The position numbers were made by a program, and so were the translations under genes. Below are positions 56,081 through 63,456 of a stretch of 64,000 nucleotides of DNA, one piece after another; the stretch's first letter is position 1, and each line of letters starts with the position of its first letter. The stretch covers positions 997 to 64,996 of the forward strand of contig JAAFJC010000009.1 of NCBI GenBank assembly GCA_013297925.1. Direction: 5' to 3'. The DNA is from Comamonadaceae bacterium (GTDB lineage Bacteria; Pseudomonadota; Gammaproteobacteria; Burkholderiales; Burkholderiaceae_C). The notes under the pieces are model-generated. The model worked only from the letters and a program-made list of their open reading frames with translations, had not been told where the DNA came from and ran no database searches.

Positions 56081-57268
56081 ATGAGTACACGTCGTTTGGT
56101 TTTGACCCGTTCTGCTGCTGCTATTGGAGCGGCTTCTACTGGCCTGCTGCTGCCTGAGATCGCTCGCGCGCAATCCAACAAAATCCGCGTCGGCCTGATG
56201 TTGCCCTACACCGGCACGTTTGCACAGCTCGGCGTGGCGATTGAAAACGGCTTTCGCATGGCTATCAACGAGCAGGGCGGCAAGCTCGGTGGCCGCGAGA
56301 TTGAATACTTCAAGGTGGATGACGAAGCCAACCCGGCCAAAGGCATTGAAAACGCACAGCGCTTGATCCAGCGCGACAAGGTGGATGTGCTGATCGGCAC
56401 AGTGCATTCCGGCGTGCAAATGGGCATTCACCGCGTCGCGCGCGAATCGGGCGTGCTCAATATCATCCCCAACGCAGGCGTGCATGTGGCCACCCGTGCG
56501 CAATGTGCGCCCAACGTTTTCCGCACCAGCTTCACCAATTCCCAGCCAACGCTGGGCTTGGGCAAAGTGATGGTCGAAAAAGGCCACAAAAAAGCCGTGT
56601 GGATCACCTGGAGCTATGCCGCTGGCGACGAGGCCTTTGAAGGCTTTGAAGAGAGCTACACCAAGGCTGGCGGCCAGATCGTGAAAAAGCTCGGCCTGCC
56701 CTTCCCCAACGTCGAATTCCAAGCCCTGCTCACAGAAATTGCATCCATCAAGCCCGATGCAGTCGCTTGCTTCTTCGCAGGCGGCGGTGCAGCTAAATTC
56801 ATCCGTGATTACGCAGCCGCTGGTCTCAACAAAACCATTCCTCTGTATGGCTCCGGCTTCTTGACTGAGGGTGTGCTCGATGCAGCGGGCCCCGCAGCTG
56901 ATGGCATCATGACCACGCTGCACTACAGCGATTCGCTCGACACCGCCACCAACCGCAAATTCCGCCTCGAATACGCCAAGACCTTCCGCTTGCAGCCCGA
57001 TGTCTATGCCGTGCAAGGCTACGATTCTGGCTTGCTCCTCGTGCAAGGCGCGAATGCCGTGAAGGGCGACTTGAATAACAAGCAAGCCTTGTATGCTGCG
57101 ATGCAAAACGCCAAGATCGACAGCCCGCGCGGCAAATGGACGATGAGCAAGGCCAACAACCCGATTCAAGATATCTACCTGCGCCGCGTTGAAAATAAAG
57201 AAAACAAAGTGATTGGCATCGCCGCCAAAGCAGTGGCAGATTCGGGCGCTGGTTGCAAGATGGGCTGA
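56081..57268 (+). CDS. Branched-chain amino acid (HAAT-family) ABC substrate-binding protein
   Basis: ATG is preceded by AGGAG. It has a Tat/Sec-like signal and a type-1 periplasmic binding fold (IRVGLMLPYTGTFAQLG). Confidence 0.85.
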   Translation: MSTRRLVLTRSAAAIGAASTGLLLPEIARAQSNKIRVGLMLPYTGTFAQLGVAIENGFRMAINEQGGKLGGREIEYFKVDDEANPAKGIENAQRLIQRDKVDVLIGTVHSGVQMGIHRVARESGVLNIIPNAGVHVATRAQCAPNVFRTSFTNSQPTLGLGKVMVEKGHKKAVWITWSYAAGDEAFEGFEESYTKAGGQIVKKLGLPFPNVEFQALLTEIASIKPDAVACFFAGGGAAKFIRDYAAAGLNKTIPLYGSGFLTEGVLDAAGPAADGIMTTLHYSDSLDTATNRKFRLEYAKTFRLQPDVYAVQGYDSGLLLVQGANAVKGDLNNKQALYAAMQNAKIDSPRGKWTMSKANNPIQDIYLRRVENKENKVIGIAAKAVADSGAGCKMG

Positions 57269-57290
57269 TTTTTATCATCTTGCATCTCAA

Positions 57291-57350
57291 TCCGTTCGCC
57301 CTGAGCTTGTCGAAGGGTGGTGAGGCTTCGACAAGCTCAGCCCGAACGGA
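57291..57350. repeat. REP-type palindrome of the CCCTGAGCTTGTCGAAGG class
   Basis: tccgttcgccctgagcttgtcgaag-N10-cttcgacaagctcagcccgaacgga (23 of 25 positions pair). It produces the classic spurious peptide LRQAQPERN in the track ORF at 57317. Confidence 0.8.
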
Positions 57351-57386
57351 ATGTGTATCGAGTCACTAGCCTTGTCGTGTCACCCG

Positions 57387-58250
57387 ATGGATTTCGCCAA
57401 CTTCCTCATCCAGCTGCTCAACAGCGTGCAATACGGCCTGCTGCTCTTCATGCTGGCTGCCGGCCTCACACTGATCTTCGGCATCATGGGCGTGGTCAAT
57501 CTCGCGCATGGCAGCTTTTACATGCTCGGTGCGTATCTCGCATGGTCACTCTCCATGCAGCTGGGCAGCCTCACCCTAGCGATCCTGCTCGGCACAGCTT
57601 TGTCAGTGATCTTCGGCCTGTTGCTAGAAAAAATCCTCATCCAGCATTTCTACCACCGCGATCATTTGGATCAAGTGTTGCTCACCTTCGGCCTTATCTA
57701 CATTTTTGAAGAAGCCCGCTCCATGATTTGGGGCGATGATGTACACGGCGTGACGATTCCTGCGCTGCTCTCTGGTGGCATTCAGCTCACGGACAATCTC
57801 TCCTATCCCATCTATCGCCTATTCATCAGCGGCGTATGCATCGTGCTCGCGCTGGGGCTTTATTTCCTCATTTCTAAAACCCGCCTTGGCATGAAAATCC
57901 GCGCTGGTGCTTTCAACCGCGAGATGACGGAAGCGCTCGGTGTGAACATCAAGCTCATTCATTCCCTTGTCTTCGCTTTAGGCGTAGGTTTGGCCACCAT
58001 CGCCGGCATGATCGCCTCGCCGATTTCCAGCGTGTATCCGAATATGGGCAGCTCGGTGCTCATCATGTGCTTCGTGGTGGTTGTCATCGGTGGCATCGGC
58101 TCGGTGCGCGGTGCGTTGATTGCCGCGCTGCTGGTGGGCTTTGTCGATACCTTTGGCAAAGTGCTGCTGCCCCAGCTCTCTGGCATGTTGGTTTACATGC
58201 TGATGGCGCTCGTGTTGCTGTACAAACCAGAAGGCTTGTTTAAAGCCTAA
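57387..58250 (+). CDS. livH: HAAT-family ABC permease (LivH-like)
   Basis: Contains LLNSVQYGLLLFMLAAGLTLIFGIMGVVNLAHGSFYMLGAY. Confidence 0.85.
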   Translation: MDFANFLIQLLNSVQYGLLLFMLAAGLTLIFGIMGVVNLAHGSFYMLGAYLAWSLSMQLGSLTLAILLGTALSVIFGLLLEKILIQHFYHRDHLDQVLLTFGLIYIFEEARSMIWGDDVHGVTIPALLSGGIQLTDNLSYPIYRLFISGVCIVLALGLYFLISKTRLGMKIRAGAFNREMTEALGVNIKLIHSLVFALGVGLATIAGMIASPISSVYPNMGSSVLIMCFVVVVIGGIGSVRGALIAALLVGFVDTFGKVLLPQLSGMLVYMLMALVLLYKPEGLFKA

Positions 58251-58259
58251 CGCATCAAA

Positions 58260-59270
58260 ATGTCCGCTCCACAAGCTAACCTAGAGATCCTGCCGCGCAG
58301 CGTGAACGTGTTGCTCGCGCTAGCAGTCGTAGCGCTCGCCGGCGTGCCCATCTTCGGCGCGGAATACACCATTGGCCTGATCACCAGCATGATGATCATG
58401 GCGATTTTTGCGATGAGCTTGGATCTGCTACAAGGCGTCACCGGGCTCGTCTCGCTCGGGCATGCGGCCTTCTTTGGCTTTGCGGGCTACGCGCTGGCCT
58501 TCATCACGCCATCGTCAGATGCGATCAGCCTCTGGTGGAGCTTGCCGCTCGCGCTCGCCGCCTCCGCGCTCGTGGCCTGCATCATCGGTTTCTTCGTGGT
58601 GCGCACGCATGGCATTTATTTCATCATGGTCACCATGGCTTTCGCGCAGATGATGTATTTCATCTTCTTTGACAACAAAGTCCTGTTCGGCAAAACGCTG
58701 GGCGGCTCAGACGGTGCGTATTTGAATTTCAAGCCAAGTGCAGGCATCTTTGATTTAGAAAACAAGCGCGTCTTCTTCTACTTCACGCTCGTCTGCATGG
58801 TCAGCGTCTATGCCTTCCTACGCCGCTTGCTCTTCTCCCCCTTTGGCCGCGCGCTCGCAGGCATCCGCGCCAATGAGCATCGCATGCGCGCCCTAGGCTT
58901 CGCCACCTTCGCCCACAAGCTCGCCGCGTTCACGCTCGCAGGCGCGCTCGCTGGTTTAGCCGGCTACTTGTGGGCCGCGCAAACCGGCTTCATCAATCCC
59001 GAGCTCATGGGCTTTCATATGAGCGCCCATGCCATCATGATGGTGATCTTGGGCGGCATGGGCAATTTCGCGGGCGCGGCGATTGGCGCTTTTTCGTTCG
59101 AATATTTGCTGCATCTGTTCAAAGATCTCCCGGCGATTGGCAACTTCCAAACCGGCAAACATTGGCAGATGTGGATGGGGCTTTTCATCGTAGCGCTCGT
59201 GATCCTCGCGCCGCGCGGCATCTTGGGGCTGGTCTCCAAATGGTTAGCGAAGAAGGATGCTGAGAAATGA
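58260..59270 (+). CDS. livM: HAAT-family ABC permease (LivM-like)
   Basis: A 336-aa protein containing GLVSLGHAAFFGFAGY. Confidence 0.85.
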   Translation: MSAPQANLEILPRSVNVLLALAVVALAGVPIFGAEYTIGLITSMMIMAIFAMSLDLLQGVTGLVSLGHAAFFGFAGYALAFITPSSDAISLWWSLPLALAASALVACIIGFFVVRTHGIYFIMVTMAFAQMMYFIFFDNKVLFGKTLGGSDGAYLNFKPSAGIFDLENKRVFFYFTLVCMVSVYAFLRRLLFSPFGRALAGIRANEHRMRALGFATFAHKLAAFTLAGALAGLAGYLWAAQTGFINPELMGFHMSAHAIMMVILGGMGNFAGAAIGAFSFEYLLHLFKDLPAIGNFQTGKHWQMWMGLFIVALVILAPRGILGLVSKWLAKKDAEK

Positions 59271-60025
59271 CAGCCGTCCTCTCAGCCAAAAATCTCACCA
59301 AGCGCTTCGGCGGCTTGGCTGCTGTGAATGAAGTGAGCCTCGATCTCTGGCAAGGCCGCTTGCATGCCGTGATCGGGCCCAATGGCGCAGGTAAATCCAC
59401 GCTCGCCAATTTGCTCTCCGGCGATCTGCCGCCCACCTCAGGCACCGTGCATCTCTCAGGAATTAACATCACCGGCTGGAGCCCAGAAAAAATCTCCCGC
59501 CAGCGCCTAGGCCGCAGCTACCAGAAGACCAATATTTTCCGCAGCTTCACAGTCTGGGACAACATCCGCCTCGCCGCCCAATCGCGCAATCAGCCTTTCG
59601 CTTTCAATCCACTCGGCTGGCTATCTAACGCTTCAAAGCAAGCCGCAGTGAACGCAAGAGCCGAGCGAGCCATGGAGCTCGCCTTGCTCACCGAGCGCCG
59701 CAACACCATCGCCGGCGCGGCCAGCCACGGCGAGCAGCGTCAGCTAGAAATCGCCATGACGCTTGCCACCGAGCCCCAAGTGCTGTTGCTCGATGAGCCC
59801 CTCGCCGGCATGGGCACAGCCGAGGCTGAGCGCATGGTGCAGCTCTTGCTCAAACTCAAAATCGATCATGCGATGCTCTTGGTGGAGCACGATATGGATG
59901 CGGTGTTTGCGGTGGCTGATCACTTGACGGTGATGGTCAATGGTCAAGTGATTGCAAGCGACAAGCCAGCAGTCGTTCGCAGTGATGCGGCGGTACAAGC
60001 CGCGTATCTCGGCGAGGAGCATTGA
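59267..60025 (+). CDS. livG: HAAT-family ABC ATPase (LivG-like)
   Basis: Contains GPNGAGKST, SHGEQRQLE and LLLDEPLAG. Confidence 0.88.
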   Translation: MTAVLSAKNLTKRFGGLAAVNEVSLDLWQGRLHAVIGPNGAGKSTLANLLSGDLPPTSGTVHLSGINITGWSPEKISRQRLGRSYQKTNIFRSFTVWDNIRLAAQSRNQPFAFNPLGWLSNASKQAAVNARAERAMELALLTERRNTIAGAASHGEQRQLEIAMTLATEPQVLLLDEPLAGMGTAEAERMVQLLLKLKIDHAMLLVEHDMDAVFAVADHLTVMVNGQVIASDKPAVVRSDAAVQAAYLGEEH

Positions 60026-60130
60026 TGAAAGCTCTCCCCCGTAGCGCCTTCGGCGCCTCCCCCATCCGGGGGCGCAGCCAGCAGCCCGGCAAAGCCGGTT
60101 CTGCGGCTGCCGCTTGGAAGAGATAAAGCA

Positions 60131-60971
60131 ATGACTTCACCACTCATCTCCGTTCGTGGCATCCACACCTATTACGGCCAAAGCCACATCCTGCGCGGCA
60201 TTGATTTCACCGTGCAGCGCGGCCAAACCATTGGCCTCATGGGGCGCAATGGCATGGGCAAAAGCACCCTGCTCAAATCCATCATGGGCATCGTGCCGCC
60301 GCGCGCAGGCACAGTCGAGATCAAAGGCAAAAACATGCTCGGCAAGCCCACCTTCGATTGGCCTCATGGGGCGCAATGGCATGGGCAAAAGCACCCTGCT
60401 CAAATCCATCATGGGCATCGTGCCGCCGCGCGCAGGCACAGTCGAGATCAAAGGCAAAAACATGCTCGGCAAGCCCACCTTCGAAGTCGCACAAATGGGC
60501 ATTGCCTACGTGCCCGAAGGCCGAGGCATCTTCGCCAATTTAAGCGTCACAGAAAACTTGAAGATGGCTGCACGCCATGGAACGCAAGGGCAGAGAGATT
60601 GGACATACGAGCGCGTCCTAGAAACCTTCCCCAGACTCAAAGAGCGCCTCAATCACGGTGGCCAACAACTCTCCGGCGGCGAGCAGCAAATGCTCACCAT
60701 CGGTCGAGCCCTCATGACCAACCCCTATGTGCTCATCCTAGACGAAGCCACAGAAGGCCTCGCTCCATTAATCGCGAAAGAAATCTGGCGCATCTGCGGC
60801 GAGATCAAACAAAGCGGTATCAGCTCCATCATCGTCGATAAAAACTGGAAGCACGTCACCCAAATCACCGACAACAACGTCATCCTCGTCAAAGGCGAAG
60901 TCGTCTTCAACGGCTCCTCCGCCGAGCTCATCGCCAAGCCCGAGATTCTTGAGCAGCATTTAGGTGTTTGA
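60131..60971 (+). pseudogene. livF: HAAT-family ABC ATPase (LivF-like) frameshifted by a 127-bp tandem duplication
   Basis: The N-terminus and Walker A (GRNGMGKST) are in the frame of track ORF 60131-60841. The rest (LSGGEQQML, ILDEATEGLAP) is in the frame of ORF 60156-60971. Deleting one 127-bp copy restores a single ORF of about 238 codons. Confidence 0.8.
60231..60484 (+). repeat. Perfect direct tandem duplication, 2 x 127 bp
   Basis: 60231-60357 and 60358-60484 were compared base by base and are identical. The boundary is ambiguous by 1 nt. Confidence 0.95.
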
Positions 60972-61000
60972 TACGCCGTTTATGAGCAAAATCGGCCAGT

Positions 61001-61042
61001 CGCCGGCATAGATACTGCGCGAGCAGCTATTGAAAACATAGC
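61001..61042 (+). repeat. Family I repeat, copy C (forward orientation), 3' of livF
   Basis: cgccggcatagatactgcgcgagcagctattgaaaacatagc. Confidence 0.8.
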
Positions 61043-61049
61043 GAAAACT

Positions 61050-61124
61050 GGGGTCAGATCACATTTCAGGACACTCCACTAACCGGCGTGCAACACAGCC
61101 CAGACGAAAATGTGCTCTGACCCC
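61050..61124. repeat. Inverted repeat (17 nt arms, 1 mismatch, 41-nt loop), MITE- or terminator-like
   Basis: ggggtcagatcacattt ... aaatgtgctctgacccc, followed by AATTTTT. Confidence 0.6.
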
Positions 61125-61434
61125 AATTTTTGCGGCGCACGCCAATCAGTTGATTCATGCCAGCACAGTTAGCACGCAACCCGTTGCACACCACCTTTTG
61201 CACCTGCGGCCTACCATCGGGCTTTGCCTCAGAAAGTTTTTTGAAAATACACGCGATAAAGGCCTCGGTGAATTAAAGATGTCTCCGCGCGCCTTCCAAA
61301 AAATTTCCGATCCAAACACCCAATGGTCTCCGCCTGCGAACAAAATAGGGCCAGTATCTACAAGACGTTTCTCGGGTTAGTATAGATTTCTCTCTGTCAG
61401 AATCGGGGCACATTTTTCTAAATGGAGTCCAACA

Positions 61435-61692
61435 ATGCTTACGGCGTTAGAAAAGAGAGTGATTACAGGCTCGGCAATTATTGGAACAATTGTTGGAGGA
61501 CTTCTGGCGTACGCCGTGTTCGCATTTACCAAGGAATTTGAAATGCAACAAGGCATATCCTATGGCGCATTGCGTACGGCAGTAAATGCTGCGCTTGCAT
61601 TTTTTATGACGATATTTGCAACCGTCTGCTTTCTAGGAATCGGGTCTATCTTTGTCATCAGGTGGCTCTCTAATCGCAACCCTGAAGATTGA
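61435..61692 (+). CDS. Small two-TM membrane protein, unknown function (85 aa)
   Basis: GGAG lies 7 nt upstream of the ATG. There are two clear hydrophobic helices, and the local GC content is lower than the surroundings. Confidence 0.5.
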   Translation: MLTALEKRVITGSAIIGTIVGGLLAYAVFAFTKEFEMQQGISYGALRTAVNAALAFFMTIFATVCFLGIGSIFVIRWLSNRNPED

Positions 61693-61758
61693 TGCGTTTG
61701 TGAATTTGATCTCCTAGTATCTCAACAAGATTCACGATATTTTCTGGGATAGCTATAG

Positions 61759-61906
61759 AGCCACGGCTGGGCGGTTAGCAGCCTGGCGATTTTGGCAGCG
61801 CAGGGTTGGGGAACGCGAGTGCGTTCCCTCGTTATTTCAAGCGACGGGTGTCGCGTCATTCCCGAGCTGACTAATGAGCCAGGATGATGACCGCCCAGCC
61901 GTGGCT
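61759..61906. other. Unassigned 148-nt structured element (multi-hairpin closed by a perfect 17-bp stem)
   Basis: agccacggctgggcggt (61759-61775) pairs with accgcccagccgtggct (61890-61906). Inner pairings are cctggc/gccagg, the hairpin gggaacgc-gagt-gcgttccc, and the hairpin gcgac-gggt-gtcgc. Confidence 0.5.
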
Positions 61907-61948
61907 GGTCTGCCCGATACGCTAAAAATTTCTCTCTACAAAACAAAA

Positions 61949-61972
61949 AGGCCGAGCAAGCTCGGCCTTTTT
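61949..61972. terminator. Rho-independent terminator, bidirectional
   Basis: GGCCGAG-caag-CTCGGCC flanked by A5 and T6, 19 nt downstream of the TerC stop. Confidence 0.8.
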
Positions 61973-61990
61973 TGCAATCAATGTTTCGGA

Positions 61991-62956
61991 TTAAGAAGCT
62001 TTGTCTTCTTTCGGTGTAGTTTTCACGCTCCAGATCATCGTGATGGCTAAGACGCCAACAACGACCAGCAGCGAAATCACCACAGGGATCTTGAAGATAT
62101 CGATCAGCATCATCTTCGTGCCGATGAACACCAGAATCACAGCCAAGCCATAGGTGAGCAAGTGGAACTTGTTCGCTACAGCAGCCAGCAGGAAGTACAT
62201 CGCACGTAGACCCAAAATCGCGAACACGTTACTGGTGAGCACAATGAATGGATCGTTTGTGATCGCGAAAATTGCGGGAATGGAATCGACTGCGAAGATC
62301 ACGTCCGTCAAAGCGACCAAACAGATCACCATGAACAAAGGCGTGGCGATTTTCTTGCCGTTTTCCATCGTCCAGAATTTCTCGCCATCATAGTTTTTGC
62401 TCACAGGCAAAATCTTACGCAGCAGTTTGAGCGCAGGGTTGTCGTCGAGTGATTGCTCTTTGCCAGCAGCCCACCACATCTTGATACCTGTGAGGATCAG
62501 GAATGCGCCGAACACATACAAGATCCAATGGAACTGCTGGAGCAACCAGCCGCCCACCAAAATCATGATCGTGCGCAACACAATCGCGCCAATGATTCCG
62601 ATCATGAGCACGCGCTTTTGATAGGCGGGAGGCACAGCAAAGTAAGTGAAAATCATCAGGAAGACGAAGATGTTGTCTACCGCTAGTGATTTTTCAATCA
62701 GATAACCAGTTAAAAACTCCAGTGCTTTGGTGTTGGCCAGCGCCGCATCTCCTGTCGTGTCTTTAACAGCCCACCAAAATAAGCCGTTGAAGACGAAGCT
62801 CAATGTCACCCAGATGATGGACCAGTTGATAGCTTCTTTGATGCCGACTTCATGAGCGCCTTGCTTGTTGAGTACGACGAAATCAATAAATAGAGCTGCG
62901 ATCACAATCGCAATAAATACCGCCCAGAGCCAAGCTGGGGCGACGGATTCAAACAT
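61991..62956 (-). CDS. TerC-family integral membrane protein (Alx-like, 321 aa)
   Basis: Begins MFESVAPAWLWAVFIAIVIAALFIDFVVL and contains SLAVDNIFVF and FAVDSIPAIFAIT. ATG at 62956 was chosen because the track ORF extends into the riboswitch. Confidence 0.88.
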   Translation of the reverse strand: MFESVAPAWLWAVFIAIVIAALFIDFVVLNKQGAHEVGIKEAINWSIIWVTLSFVFNGLFWWAVKDTTGDAALANTKALEFLTGYLIEKSLAVDNIFVFLMIFTYFAVPPAYQKRVLMIGIIGAIVLRTIMILVGGWLLQQFHWILYVFGAFLILTGIKMWWAAGKEQSLDDNPALKLLRKILPVSKNYDGEKFWTMENGKKIATPLFMVICLVALTDVIFAVDSIPAIFAITNDPFIVLTSNVFAILGLRAMYFLLAAVANKFHLLTYGLAVILVFIGTKMMLIDIFKIPVVISLLVVVGVLAITMIWSVKTTPKEDKAS

Positions 62957-63004
62957 GACAGACCTTTCGTTTTTCCAACGCCGCAGGCATTGGTATGTTG
63001 TTAT

Positions 63005-63123
63005 CCGAAAGGTCTTGCGAGGGGGGCCCTGTGCACCGGCTGCCGCAACCACGCGACAACGTATTGACGACACACAGGCATGACAGAAAACAATGCTCTG
63101 ATCATGCGCTACTCCCCTTCCGG
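63005..63123 (-). promoter_or_regulatory. yybP-ykoY (Mn2+) riboswitch, minus strand, leader of the TerC gene
   Basis: Minus-strand reading: GAAGGGGAGUAGCGC ... GUCGUCAAUACG ... CGCAAGACCUUUCGG. The downstream CGAAAGGUCUGUCAUG can pair with the 3' P1 strand and would occlude the RBS. Confidence 0.8.
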
Positions 63124-63132
63124 GATGCGTGT

Positions 63133-63161
63133 ATTGTCCATAAGCTCGGCGAAAATGCCAA
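63133..63161 (-). promoter_or_regulatory. Candidate sigma-70 promoter for the minus-strand riboswitch/TerC gene
   Basis: Minus-strand TTGGCA-17 nt-GACAAT, ending about 10 nt upstream of the riboswitch P1. Confidence 0.35.
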
Positions 63162-63208
63162 ATTCATGAACAAAACCAGTCAGGCCGCAAGGAAATACTT
63201 TTTTGTCC

Positions 63209-63237
63209 TAGACAAATAGATTTATTTGTACGATAAT
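63209..63237 (+). promoter_or_regulatory. Candidate sigma-70 promoter for the plus-strand riboswitch/TerC gene
   Basis: TAGACA-17 nt-GATAAT, ending about 7 nt upstream of the riboswitch P1. Confidence 0.4.
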
Positions 63238-63243
63238 GCCAGC

Positions 63244-63351
63244 TAGAAGGGGAGTAGCTCCTCGCAGATGCATCGTCAATACGAAGACAACTTCCGGTGC
63301 ATTAGGTCAGACAAGCATTGCCATGCCTGCCAGACCGAGCAAGACCTTCGA
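63244..63351 (+). promoter_or_regulatory. yybP-ykoY (Mn2+) riboswitch, plus strand, leader of the second TerC-family gene
   Basis: GAAGGGGAGUAGCUC ... CGUCAAUACG ... GGUCAGACA ... GAGCAAGACCUUCG. P1 is GAAGG/CCUUC. Confidence 0.8.
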
Positions 63352-63456
63352 TTCAGCCTGAGCACAGGTGTTTTGGATCGAAGCGCGTCATTTGCTCTTC
63401 ATCCAGTTCGCCGTGGTATCAGATCCAAAAAAAGATACACAACACGGATTTCAACA

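Noticed and set aside
55937-57169. A 410-aa ORF on the minus strand.
   Set aside because: It lies entirely antisense to the well-supported HAAT substrate-binding protein gene. Its composition is low-complexity and Ala/Gly/His-rich, which is typical of stop-poor antisense frames in GC-rich DNA. The same reasoning applies to 43537-44556(-), 8003-8767(-), 36378-37211(-), 31474-32241(-), 48494-49201(-), 13997-14665(-) and 17564-18139(+).
57317-57709. A 130-aa ORF starting MVRLRQAQPERN.
   Set aside because: Its N-terminus is the translation of a REP palindrome (57291-57350). The rest is an out-of-frame reading of the livH-type permease gene.
60231-60484. A CRISPR-like or minisatellite array.
   Set aside because: There are only two units, they are identical, they have no spacers, and they lie inside an ABC ATPase gene. 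This is a simple tandem duplication.
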